A DNA stretch of 64,000 nt from Mobula birostris (Eukaryota), in contig NC_092374.1 of the NCBI RefSeq assembly GCF_030028105.1, positions 178,894,057-178,958,056 of the forward strand, given 5' to 3'. Positions 37,790 through 49,364 of this stretch are shown here, piece by piece (position 1 is the stretch's first letter; each line of letters begins with the position of its first letter). The notes under the pieces were generated by a model, which was given only the letters and a program-made list of their open reading frames with translations, had not been told where the DNA came from and made no database searches. The position numbers and the translations under genes were made by a program.

Positions 37790-39800
37790 GGAATTGGTAC
37801 TACGCGTGCGCACAGCCTGTCCGCTCCCTTCCCCCACTCTCTGCGCACGCGCAGTACGGTGCCAAGCGGTAGCACGCCGACATTAACCCGAAGCCGCCAT
37901 CACAGTCGAGACACCCGAGAGGGTTAAAGAGCATGTAAACGCCGCCGCTACAGAACTGATATTCACGGGAATCGATGCATTGTGATGTTACTGTTGCATT
38001 TCGAGGGGAGAATGCCGGAAAAAGACCGACGGGGACAAAGAAAAAAGTGGTTAAACGCCGACTGTTCGTCACGTGACCGGAGGTGGCCAATGGGCGGGCG
38101 CCTGCGGGGCGAGCGCTGACGTAGCCGGAGCTTTTCTTTGTTAACATTTTGTGGAAAATGGAGGAAAAAGGGCGGTTAAAAATGAGCGGCCGTACTCGAG
38201 CACGACGCAGGGGACAGGAGAGGAGACGGCCGAGGCGAAGGCAGCGCGGCCGCGGGGCACAAGGTGAGGAACGAGTTTGATTTCGGGGTGAATTGTCGGC
38301 GAGGGGAGGCTGCTGTGTCATGTGACCGGCGGGAGCCAATTAGCCGTCGAGCTGCCGAAGTAGTGGCCGTTAGTAAATGGAAGCTGGGACAAGATTTCGA
38401 ACTAAATTTAAAATTAATCGCTGGCTAAACGGCCTCCAGCGCACGGCTTTAATGTATATCGGATAGGGCCCGGCCGTTCACCTCAGGAAAAATTACACGA
38501 ATATATAAATGTTAAAAAAAATCTCCATTCTCCTTTGGTAACTGTCAAGCTAATTTATATTGCCTATTTTAAAACATTGTGGATGTTAAAGTGAAAGAAT
38601 TGGGACACAATTACTTAGTGTCCTGGGGCTAAAAGCACGGAGGCGACTGCCCGCTGTTGGGGAGGCGTAGCAAACGCAGTTCCTTCTGTTACATCATATT
38701 TGTGGCCCTTGATTCACCCTTTCGGCTTCAGCTTGTTTTTTTAACAAATTCAGGCAGTGGGTGGAAAACGGGCACCGTTGCTGAGGTGGCAATTTAGGTG
38801 GGAAGGGGAGGGGGCGGGTTGTTGCACCCGAGTCTCTGCGGGTTAGGCGGTGGGCTGGTTATCCTCTACCTATCCTATTTTTGCTGTGTAATGCTGCCAA
38901 AGATGGCGGCCTCACCCAGCCGCCGGATCACAGGCAGCTTCCTCGGGCAACAGCGGCTTTAGTAGTACACCACCGCCTTTCTTCCTCCCCGTTATAATCC
39001 CTGCTCCCCTTTACTGCCCTCACCCCGCAACCTGACGGGGAGTCTACTGTAGGAACTCAGCTGCCACGATTGGATGCCTCCCTCCCACTCCCGGGTGCAG
39101 TCCCCGCTTGAGGAGTCACAATTGGGCTGTTACCCCTTGTTATTACATCCGTCTCTGTTTAACCTCCCTTCCCCTCTTTTGCCTAACCATCTGATTATTT
39201 TTCCCCTACCCCTCCCTGTTGTGTAATGGCTGACTTATCCCCGCTCCCCCTCGCCCCCGCCGCCGGGCCGGCCGCGTGACTCGGTCGCGCTTTCCAATCC
39301 CAGCCCGCTGCGCCCCGGGCTCCCTGCTCACATGACATTTACCGCCCAATGGCCGTGCGCGGCGTGTGATGGACGGGCGGACTGTCTGCCGCGCTCGGCC
39401 AATCGGCGGCGGCCGCCGGGAAGCGCTGGGTATAAAATGGCGTGCTCGAGCGCTGCGGCGCCATTTGCTTTTTGCTGAAACCGGAGCGGGAGAGACGTCG
39501 AGAGAGGCGAGTGGACGCGCAATCAGGCGGCATCTGATGGACACGGCCACTCATCCGGGGCTCGACAGGTACGGCAGAGCAGTGCAGATCCTCGGCCGTG
39601 TAATGGAAGGAGTATTGAAGAGAATTGGAAGGGCAAACAGGCAGAAATTGCCAGACGCGGAGAGAGTACCCGGGGAGCTGGAGCAGGCCCGGCAGCCGGG
39701 GCCGCCATTTTCTGCCATTCACAAACAGTATATACATACAGTACACATCCGGGCTGGGTTGCAGGGGAGTGCGCTCACTCAACCAGGGCCGATACCACAA
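37790..39800. promoter_or_regulatory. BRD2 CpG island / multi-TSS bidirectional promoter
   Basis: CpG-dense. NRF1 TGCGCACGCGCA at 37842-37853; E-box-N9-CCAAT at 38068-38091, 38317-38340 and 39328-39350; CRE-like TGACGT at 38117; YY1 AAGATGGCGGC at 38900-38910; TATAAAA at 39431-39437 overlapping YY1-like AAAATGGCG. Confidence 0.9.
39537..39568 (+). CDS. BRD2: BRD2 exon 1 coding part (MDTATHPGLD-R)
   Basis: ATG about 100 nt after TATA. Donor CAG|GTACGG is phase 2, matching the exon 2 acceptor and the phase of the short first coding exon of BRD2 in other vertebrates. Confidence 0.8.
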
Positions 39801-42800
39801 TCAATAAATTGTAGCAATCATTTCCATGACTATTTCGATTTATCTGAACAGCGTTCTGACCAAAAGGATAATATTTCTCTGTTCTGCATGTGTAGTTTTA
39901 TCCGTTTTCTTTTTAACCACATTTCCAAAATGCTGCGGCTTTTAAGTTCAGAGGATATGTATACAGTATATTTTATATAAACTATTCGGATAATGCATTC
40001 GGTCAACAATATTTTTCATATGCAATTCTCAGTATTTATTGCGTCCCAAAACTTAAAAGCCACTGAAGTTCTGTCCGATGTTCGATAATGATTTTCAGTT
40101 TGAAAGCTACCATGAAAACTGGCAAAAATTCGGAACAGCTACTGTCTTGTTGGAAAAAAATTTGCTAGCCCTGCATGTAATTTGTTTAACATTAATTTGA
40201 CTCCGTATCTCTATACATTATTCTAGTACAACACATGGGTTCATGTTCACAAATTTCAGTCTGATGGGGTCAATGAATTGGAAATAATACGGTGGTATAT
40301 TATTGTTAACTATTTGCACTGTACTGATATTTGTCAAATTAAAAATTATCAAACTGTCATCTTACGCTTTGTTTTTATTTGGATTTCTTTAAAATTTCAG
40401 CACTAAAGAGTCATTTGTGTTGTTTGTAAATGCCATTGTTCCTATAGTGTAGGTATTGAACAGACTTTTTAGCTCTGGAAATCAAATATGATTTTATTGA
40501 GGCAGCGAGGGAGGGGCTCCTGGACAAGTAGCCATGTGGAAAAGTGTCATTGTAGCATAGTGGGCGTGTGCTGGTACATCAAATGTCATTGCTAAGGAAT
40601 ACTATCTGAAGTGTGGACTGTATGTGTTTTTGCTGTGGATTTTTTTTGTATGCCAGTATTCCTATAACTACTTAAACTGAGGTCACACGTGGTGCCCAAA
40701 TATCCTTTAATTTTATTTTTAATCTCTCCTCCCCTCCCCCCCCCCAAACAATTTTTTTTCAGGTGCTTATCGCTATTTCTCATTTCTGAAAACAGAACAG
40801 GGATTGGGAATTGATACAAGCCTATTTAGATAAGTGAGTTTCAGGCCACCTTGTATATTTTTCAAGCATTATTTACTCTTGAGTTTGCAGTTTCAGTGAA
40901 TGATATTGGCTGGCAATTACTACTTTATCCCAGGGTGTCCCTCAGGGATTTGATGATTCATGTTGTGTTTGACTATGGAAATCAAAAGTTTAGTTCACCT
41001 TTGCGGTATTTCATTGTTTACATTTTTTAGTCATGCCTTTCTGCTGTTAAATTTGTATTCTTGCCTTCATGCATACTCACCAGTTGAGCTCCAGAAGTTT
41101 GTTCCTTTCGTAAAGAGAAATGGGATTGAGGGTTAGCTTTAGCATTTAGTGGGAAGCTTGAATTGTTGGGAGTGTGTGTGGTCACAAACTGCACTAACCT
41201 CTTGGTTTTGGTGAAAATTTCCTCCTTTGCTTAAGTGGTTGTTAGGTGAAGTTTTGTATTGGGCTAAGTCAATTGGGGTTATTCACTAGCCACTAAGTTA
41301 AAGATGTTGCGCATTGGCTGATGGTGACCTTTGGTGAGGATGCATGTTGGCAGTACTATTTCATAGGCCTTGAGTGGGTTGGAATATGGTCCCTACTTTT
41401 CCAGAGGACACGATTGTTCCAAGTTAATACAAACTGGTTTGATATAATCCATGTACTGTATAAAAACTGTAAAGCGTGTTCAGATTGTTCCATTGTCTTG
41501 TTCAACCTTTTTAAATCAAATCCCACAAGTCTGCACTGAGTGAAATCTCTTGTGTTATATGGTTTTAAGTGTTTCAGTGTACTCCTAATGGTATTTCTAT
41601 ATCTTCAAGCTACTTGGAGCCTACTGCGCCTGTTAGCTACAATATCTTCTCTCCTAACTGCACACAGTTGCTGTAACTTTTAACCTGGATGTGTTGCTCC
41701 TGATCTGATTCTCAAGTTCTGGTAGGGTTAGTTACCTGCTGATATTATTGGCTGTTAGTGACTGGATAATTTGGAAATGTTATGTGCTTTTACCACTTTA
41801 CATGCCACTGCACATGATACTATTGTACTATTTATGGTGTGACTATTGAATTGTTGATTGTAATTAGAAACAGGTTTAAATTCAAAAAGACCCTTTAAAA
41901 TAGCGTAATAATGTAAACAATAATCGGATAGATATGCTTGCCAATGGGCTTTTTTGGAGTTCAGGGCAATTTATAGCCATAAATATGGCCTTAATCTGCT
42001 TTTAAACCCATCCTTGTTTGTAGTTGAAACGTTAGCATTGACAATATATAGAGTCAGGAATTATTAGATTGTACAAGTTAATGTTTTTTGACTAACTTTT
42101 TACATAAGGCATTTTGTATTTACTGTGAGAATCTACTGAGGTGGTGAGAAATTGGTACAAGGTAATTCATGCTGGAGTACAGTTGTAAGCTTTTTGTGGG
42201 ATTACGTGGTGATCATGTGACACTAATATGGATGGTTTGAAGTGTGGAGTTTCTGATTTTGTGCTTTGGATCTTGAGCAGCATTTTATCTGCTTTGGCCA
42301 GTATTTATTAATTTGAAGTTTTGGAAATGGGTTCTGTTTCTGGGTGTAAGTGACAAATTGAATGCTGCTATTTTTTTTTAAGCACTTGAACTTTGTATAC
42401 CCTTTTTTGCTTTTTGTTTCTTATAGCAAAATTCCCCATGATGAACTTAGAATTATCAGGACTGAACAGTACTGACGACAAAGAAGACGATCTACAGCCA
42501 GGCCTTTAAGTAGTTGCCTCTATAGGGGATTCTCAGCAAACGAGCAACTGTTAGCCTGGTTTCCTAGTGGTTGGTATTTTTTATTTTATTTTATTATTTT
42601 TGTAAATTACACTATACAGTTAGTAAGGTTTGAGTGTTTATAGGATAATAGTGGATAACTGTGATGATGGGAGGGCATGTCTGGGTACTCTTCACTATAA
42701 TGGGTCTCAAATGTTCAGGTGTCAATTGTCCTGCTGCAGAATACCAAAAAAAATCTACCATATAAACATAGCAAAGGAATAGTCTGGAGACTTTAAGCCA

Positions 42801-42929
42801 CCATCTGAACACAGTGCTCTGTGGATTAAATATACCATAGAACCCATGTGTTGTGTAGATGCATTTCTGTAACATTGGGGTATTTGGTGTGGTGAGTGTT
42901 AAGTTTATTTTCTTTTTTTTAAATCAAAG

Positions 42930-43239
42930 GTTACAGGGGGACGCTGGTAATGGGATAACTGGGCTGTCTGGTGATCCAGCATCTGGGAAGCGCATCCGCA
43001 AACCATCTATGCTTTATGAAGATTTTGAGAGTCCCACGGTGGCCATGTCTACTTCCGTTCATTCTCAGAACAATTTTGTTGTTAGTCCTCCTCCACCAGA
43101 GGTTTCAAATCCTAAGAAACCTGGGCGAATGACCAACCAGGTCCAGTACATGCAGAAAGTGCTCATGAAAGCCCTTTGGAAGCATCAGTTTGCATGGCCA
43201 TTCTACCAGCCAGTGGATGCAGTAAAACTCAGTCTCCCG
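42930..43239 (+). CDS. BRD2: BRD2 exon 2 (N-terminus and start of bromodomain 1)
   Basis: [18 protein letters not shown] is BRD2-diagnostic; [26 protein letters not shown]. Flanked by AAG| and |GTGAGT. Confidence 0.97.
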
Positions 43240-45079
43240 GTGAGTGAGAAGTCCTTCTGTGGAAGCTGTGAATTATGTGTGGTGTATGGTGAATTCCTAT
43301 ACAGTGCACTAACAACTGCAATATTTTGAATGGATGGAGAATCATTCATAATGCATCTATAGGGAATGGGGAATTAAATAGAGGCAAGTATCTCTCACTG
43401 GAACTTGAGACTGTGTTAAGTGTCAAGCCAGCAATTTGGCATCATTTTTTTAAAAAAAGCTAAAGAAATACAGGGTGCGGAGAGGAACACAACAACATGG
43501 GTAAGATACTATTTCATAAATGTAGAAAGGGTCTTAGAAAATTTCCAGCCTAGGAGGTGGCCATTTGGCTGGTTAAGTTTATGTCAGCTCACATGATTCC
43601 CACCAACCCTATTATCCCCATTTATTTTCCGCTGATGATTTCCCTCTCATTTTATGTTCATATTGGTTGAAAAGGGGCTAAGCAGACTAATCCTGTCTTT
43701 GGGCCTGTAACCTTGCAGGTTATGACTCCTAAGTACACTACATACAAGCTACTTTTTAAATGACCTGACTGCTGTCCTAACTCAAATGTTCATTTAACTT
43801 TTATCCTCTTTCTTGGAGGCCCACTAGTGTTATGGTGGTGGGCAGTGATGTGAAGGAGAGTGGGTGATGTGGTAAAGGAAGCCTTCCAGACTAACTCTCT
43901 TAACTTTTGTTGGCCTGGTAGTCACGCAGTTGTCTTCTGCCCTCACTCTTGGATTGCAGAATAATAGCTTCCTGAATTGTGCTATATTTAAACCAGCTAA
44001 AATGCCAAAAAATAGTCAACTCTTGTTGGCAATAATTAACAGGTAACTATTTGCAGCAAGCCACTTAAATAGCTATTGGAATCAGAATCAGGTTTATTAT
44101 CACCTGCATGTCGTGAAATTTGGAGAATATAGTTTGGAGATTATGCCCCTTAGCCAGACTTTTGCATATTTACCATAAAAGCTTTAAATTCCTTGCCATA
44201 GGGTCAGCAAACAACTACTTCCTGGTAATGTGTGTCAACTGACCCCAAAACTCATCATTTACCTGGTTGCTTTGTTAGTGATGTTTGTTCCTGGAGCATG
44301 ATGGTTGTGTGATGCTGTCTTATGAGAATAGCTGCTGTCAACATAGTTGAAAGGAACCATATATTGTATTGCATTACTGTAATTGGCTGAAGGCTTTGGA
44401 TACATTGGGTTTGCTTTGAAAATGCATCAGTAATACTGAGTCTGTGCAGATTTGCTATAGGTAAGATTGTGATTGAACCCAGATCAAGTTCAATTCCTGG
44501 CTTGTTCCATTATTTATCTTGGGAAATGCTGTTCTGCTCCTGCAATGCTGAATAGTCAGTTACCATTTAATTATGACTCGGGTTTCACTTGGTCAATAAA
44601 AGCCATACGTGAAAGAATAAGCAATACAGGGAAAGTTGTGTGTTATTCATCATACTCATTCAGGTTAACAGGCAATTTGAATTAGATGGAAAGGCTGTTT
44701 CTAGTGAGGCATATTTCAAGTATTTTGCAGAAGAAATAAAATTTATACCAATATTGTAGACAAAAGCACCAGTTTAAGACTAGAGATGTGAGGTTTATCA
44801 ATGATTTTTGGCATATCACTATGACTAGGCCATGGGAAACAGTTCCCCTGTCTTTGAATAAGCATCATTCTGATGTCCACGCCTTGAACAGTTCTTCATA
44901 ATGCTGCACATGGGTAATGTATTGCATTGTTTGGGATTGTGCCGAAATACATAGGCGATATCGCTGAACCAGTTTCTTGGAGTCAACATTTTGTGAAGCC
45001 TAGGAGGGATTTTCATAATTTTTTTCCTTAAACATTGGGCCACCGCTGCGATTTTGTGATTTAATTAAGATTAAAGTCT

Positions 45080-45335
45080 GTCATGAGCCTTGTGGCCCAT
45101 CAGGCTGGTGCTCATGCTGGTTTCCGTGGTGTGAGGTGACTGAGAGTACGAGACTCTTCCACCCCCCAGATAGGACATCAGTCTATTGTGAGGTTAACCC
45201 CTCAGTTGGGTAGACTGGAGCATTGTGTGGTTAAGTGCCTTGCTCAAGGACACACTCACTGCTCTGGCTAAGACTCAAACTATGACCTTCAGATCGCTAG
45301 TCCAATGCCCTGACCACTTAGCCATGTGTCACACT
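45080..45335 (-). mobile_element. tRNA-headed SINE in BRD2 intron 2
   Basis: Minus strand tggctaagtggtcagggcattggactagcgatctgaaggtc...gtgtccttgagcaaggcacttaacc. Confidence 0.7.
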
Positions 45336-45577
45336 ATTTTTAATCAATTTAAGCTAATTTATTAAGTCTATGAAATAGCTGAACCCAGAGAGGCAGTTTA
45401 AAACATCCCACTATGGAAACTGGGTAATTAGATTAAATTGATAAGTAAATTTGATAATCATGAATCTACTGTCTAAAACAGTATGACTTTCTTTAGCTGT
45501 TTCCTCATTTGGGATGAGAAAATGCTAATGTCGGTATGAGAGTCTCTGCTCAATGAACTAATGGATAATATAAATAA

Positions 45578-45817
<240 letters not shown>

Positions 45818-45915
45818 TAGAATTTTAAATTTAGTTTGATTATGTTTTGAATATGGTGTGATATTAATGAACAGATTTCCTGGGAGGTGTAATTTTTGTT
45901 ACCTATTGTTCACAG

Positions 45916-46051
45916 CCTACAGATGATATTGTGCTGATGGCTCAGACTCTGGAGAAACTTTTTCTACAGAAAGTGGCACAGATGCCCCAGGAGGAAGTGG
46001 AACTAACACCAGCTCCAAAATCAAAACATTCTAAAGGCCGCAAGACCGGGG
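45916..46051 (+). CDS. BRD2: BRD2 exon 4 (end of BD1)
   Basis: [27 protein letters not shown]...; phase-1 donor GTAAGG. Confidence 0.97.
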
Positions 46052-46319
46052 GTAAGGGCAAGCATTGGCATCAGAATGTACCTTTTTTTTGTTACTTAAA
46101 TTTGGAAACAGTGGCAGCTGAGAACCTTCAACTCAAAATGTTATCTGTTCCGTCTTCCACAGATCTCTGTTTCCGACATTTTGGTTTTATTGGCACCCAT
46201 TCTTTTATTATCTTAAACTTTAATTAGCTTTTCCCTTAAACATCTGTATCTTAAATGCATTCCTGATTTGTATAATTTTCCTTTATAATTAAACAATTAA
46301 AGTTAGTGTGCCGTTCTGA

Positions 46320-46900
46320 TAAATCTTTTGCACTTCCCTTCAAGGCCAATATGTCCATCTTAAAGTGTGGTGCCCAGAACTACTCGCAGTACTCCGGTTG
46401 TGGTGTAGCCAGGGATTTGCGTAGCTTCTACCCGCTTGTGTTCCAGTCCTGTAAGGCCAGCCTTCTATTGGCTTATTTGATTATTTTCTGGACCTGTAAC
46501 ATTTTAATCTGTACCTTGACCCCCGAATCACAACTGAATCTAGCTTCTTCACGCTTTAGAAACTACAGATGTAGCCATTTCCACTGTGGGTTCATTTGTC
46601 ATAGCTTTGTCAATTTGTATATTTGTGTCTTCGCCTCTTCGCTATTCGACTTTCATCTATACTTCAAATGTCTCCTGATTGAAATTCGAACCTGCATATG
46701 TGGCTTCCTGTTCCATCCAATTCTTCAGTGTTTGTCATTCTTTAACAACAACATTCCTATTTCTTGATGTCTGGAATCTTTGCTTGTAAAATTTGCAGCA
46801 GAATAATCAGTCAACATGTCTGTTGCAACGTCCATATTTTAATTTGCATCATCAAGAGTTCTGTTTTCAAGGGATCGTTTTGATGTTCCTAATCTAAACA
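46320..46900 (-). mobile_element. Old CR1 fragment in BRD2 intron 4
   Basis: gtggtgcccagaactactcgcagtactcc is the reverse of the CR1 LEYC.QFW motif. Confidence 0.7.
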
Positions 46901-47304
46901 AAGCACTGTGCTCCTTGGAAGTTTTTTTGTATTCTTACTGCTTTTGAGTTTCTAATTGTCAGCATCTGCTACTCTTTTTAAATTTGTGTTTCTTGGTTAT
47001 AGGTTGGGAGTCTGGAACTCTTGCTTCAATTATATAAACTGAGCACTAATGCATGTCCATGCATTGCCTAGCTAATAATGAAATTTTGCTTTCTTGGTAT
47101 CACATTGCTTCATACTATCAATCTATAAAACTTAAATTTGCCCAGAACTAGGCTTTTGATATCTGCAGGCCTTGAATCTGCAGTTGGAGGCCTTCATGTT
47201 ACATCTGCTACTAGGAGAGTTACCTGCATTAACCTTCTAACCATGTTTTCCCTTGAATACTTGTACCTCAAATTACCTCTAGTAAGAGAACATAATCGAA
47301 TTAG

Positions 47305-47507
47305 TGCAACACACACAAAATGCTGGTGGAACGCAGCAGGCCTGGCAGCATCTATAGGAAGTACAGTCAAAGTTCCTGACGAAGGGTCTCGGCCCGAAAC
47401 GTCAACTGTACCTCTTCCTATAGATTCTGCCTGGCCTGCTGCGTTCCACCAGCATTTTGTGTGTGTTGGTTGAATTTCCAGCATCTGCAGATTTCCTTGT
47501 GTTTGTG
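47305..47507 (+). mobile_element. 203-bp Penelope-derived fold-back mini-element carrying a hammerhead core (47376-47403) in BRD2 intron 4
   Basis: Arms 47307-47368 / 47404-47468, tail 47469-47507, flanks TAATCGAATTAG / TAATCTAATTAG (12-bp TSD, 1 mismatch). Core CTGACGA a GGGT-ctcg-GCCC GAAAC GTC. Confidence 0.88.
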
Positions 47508-49143
47508 TAATCTAATTAGAGGCTACTTCTACACAACTATTTCCTACCACCTGCCTCATTCACCGTTTCTCTTTTTGTTGTTAATTCAGTCTTGACAAAA
47601 CCAGTATCAGAGCAAAGAACTAAGGCCCCTTCAGCTATCCATTACTAATGGCTGCTTTGTTATATTCTCCAAGTTTGTTGGTTTGGAACTGGCTATTTAG
47701 TTTACTGCATGTACTCTGTATAAAGTGTTTCCAATAGTTGGGTCACACTTGCCCTGCTCTGTTTTGTTTAGGTTTTTCTATTCTTATATTAACTTTATCA
47801 CTACATCATTTTGTTTGTGGCTTGGGTAGTCCAGGTTCCATCTTTTGGTCCTGTTCTTTAAGTTAACTCCTTGAACTTGATACCTCTTAGCTATTCACAT
47901 TTTATTGATCTTGAGAGGGATAGTGACTAGATCTTGCCTTCAATACCATTTCAATTTGATCTGAAATTCCCTTCCCCTAGCATAATATAGGCATAGTTCC
48001 TTACTGGTTTGTGTGCATTGCTTGTGGATGATAATCATTCATTAGTTTATTTAGTTATACGGTGCACAGTAGGACCTTCTGGCCCTTCGAGCAGCACTGC
48101 CCCAGCAACCCCATTTAACCCTAACCTACTCACAAGACACTATACAATAACCAGTTCACCTACCTGGTGTGTTTTTATACTGTGTGAGGAAACCAGAGCA
48201 TCTGGGGAAAACCCACGCAGTCCATGGGGAGGATGTACAGGCTCCTTGCAGATGACACTGAATTAAACTCCAATGCCCTGAGCTGTAATAGCGTTGATCT
48301 AACTGCTACGCTGCCTTCTCGTTTACATTTCCCCTGAGGTGTACATTTTTGCACATGACAGTCCTATGCTGCCACCACACTCCTGAATTCTGCCTGTAGG
48401 ATGAAGTAAACTGTCCAATTACTGCATCCATGAATATCAAATGCCTTAATTTCCACTCTAGTGACTGTTATTTTTGCCATTTTTATTTTCAAGTAAAGTA
48501 AACACCCACTGAATGACTATTTTAAATGCAGTTTTAAGCATGCATGAGCTGGTGCAGGAGTCAAAGGCAGAACCTTAGTACATCTTGTCTGTGACCAGAT
48601 TCTCATCTGTCATCTATTTAAGATAGTTTTAATTGAAATTTATGTTGACTACATGCCACATTGATTTGTAGTCCAGTAGTAATTCTCTTTGATCTGCTCC
48701 TTTTTTGTTTTCTTTGTGAATAAATAGACTTCACAATAAACATCCTGATATGCCAAATGTGGTCAGTTGTACAGTTTTACTATCCTCTTATCCATACCCA
48801 AGATTTGCATTTAATCCATCGTAGAATTATACTTGAATGAAAATGGGAAGGGAGTTGATGCTGTGCCATTTCATGATGAACACATGCGTGTCAACTGATC
48901 CTAGAGTTTTATCTTGTAACTGTCTCCTTGCTGACGTTTTGTCACCGAGTGATGTTGGTTACTAGAAGATTCTAGGAACATGATCATGCCTTGAATTCTG
49001 AAAATGGATGTTGCCCATTTTAGGGTTTGAATACATTTATTATTTGGGGGGGGGGAAGGATTGAAGTCCATTTAAAATATAGTATACCAAATAGTTACCT
49101 GTGTTGAGTGAGTTTTTAAATACTTATTGGTGCTTTTCTACAG

Positions 49144-49364
49144 GTGTGCCTTCTGCTCCTGGAGGAGTGACTGTATCTCAAGTCCCAATGGTATCGTCAG
49201 CGTCTCAACCAACTGCCTACTCTCCTCCAACACCAGAGGTACCCACACCTGTGCTTGAAGTGTCTCAGACTTCAGTTATATCTACACCAACTGTACACAA
49301 GTCTTCGCATTCTCCACCTCAGTCTGCTTTGGCAGTACCACCTCCTGCACAACCTGTCACAAAG
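49144..49364 (+). CDS. BRD2: BRD2 exon 5 (inter-bromodomain linker)
   Basis: SQVPMVSS..YSPPTPEVPT..PPAQPVTK; phases 1 and 0 fit; donor GTAAGC. Confidence 0.95.

Noticed and set aside
37800-38339. 179-aa minus-strand ORF (also 39339-39800 minus and 39366-39980 plus)
   Set aside because: Stop-poor GC-rich CpG-island frames with no domain similarity. Only MDTATHPGLD in the plus ORF is real (BRD2 exon 1).
37080-39400. Search for a BRD3OS-like coding ORF opposite BRD2
   Set aside because: No minus-strand frame resembling that protein as I recall it. The candidate divergent exons are non-coding.
42438-42475. ATGATGA...CTGA resembling a C/D box snoRNA
   Set aside because: The boxes are only about 35 nt apart, with no terminal stem and no D box at 70-100 nt.
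42859-42929. ATG at 42859 in frame with exon 2 as the BRD2 start
   Set aside because: It reads through the polypyrimidine tract and acceptor. The spliced exon at 39537-39568 fits phase, promoter position and orthologue pattern better.
43595-43604. GATTCCCACC resembling my recollection of the start of the human BRD2 poison exon
   Set aside because: No AG acceptor before it, and it lies in a decayed CR1/SINE tail; coincidental.
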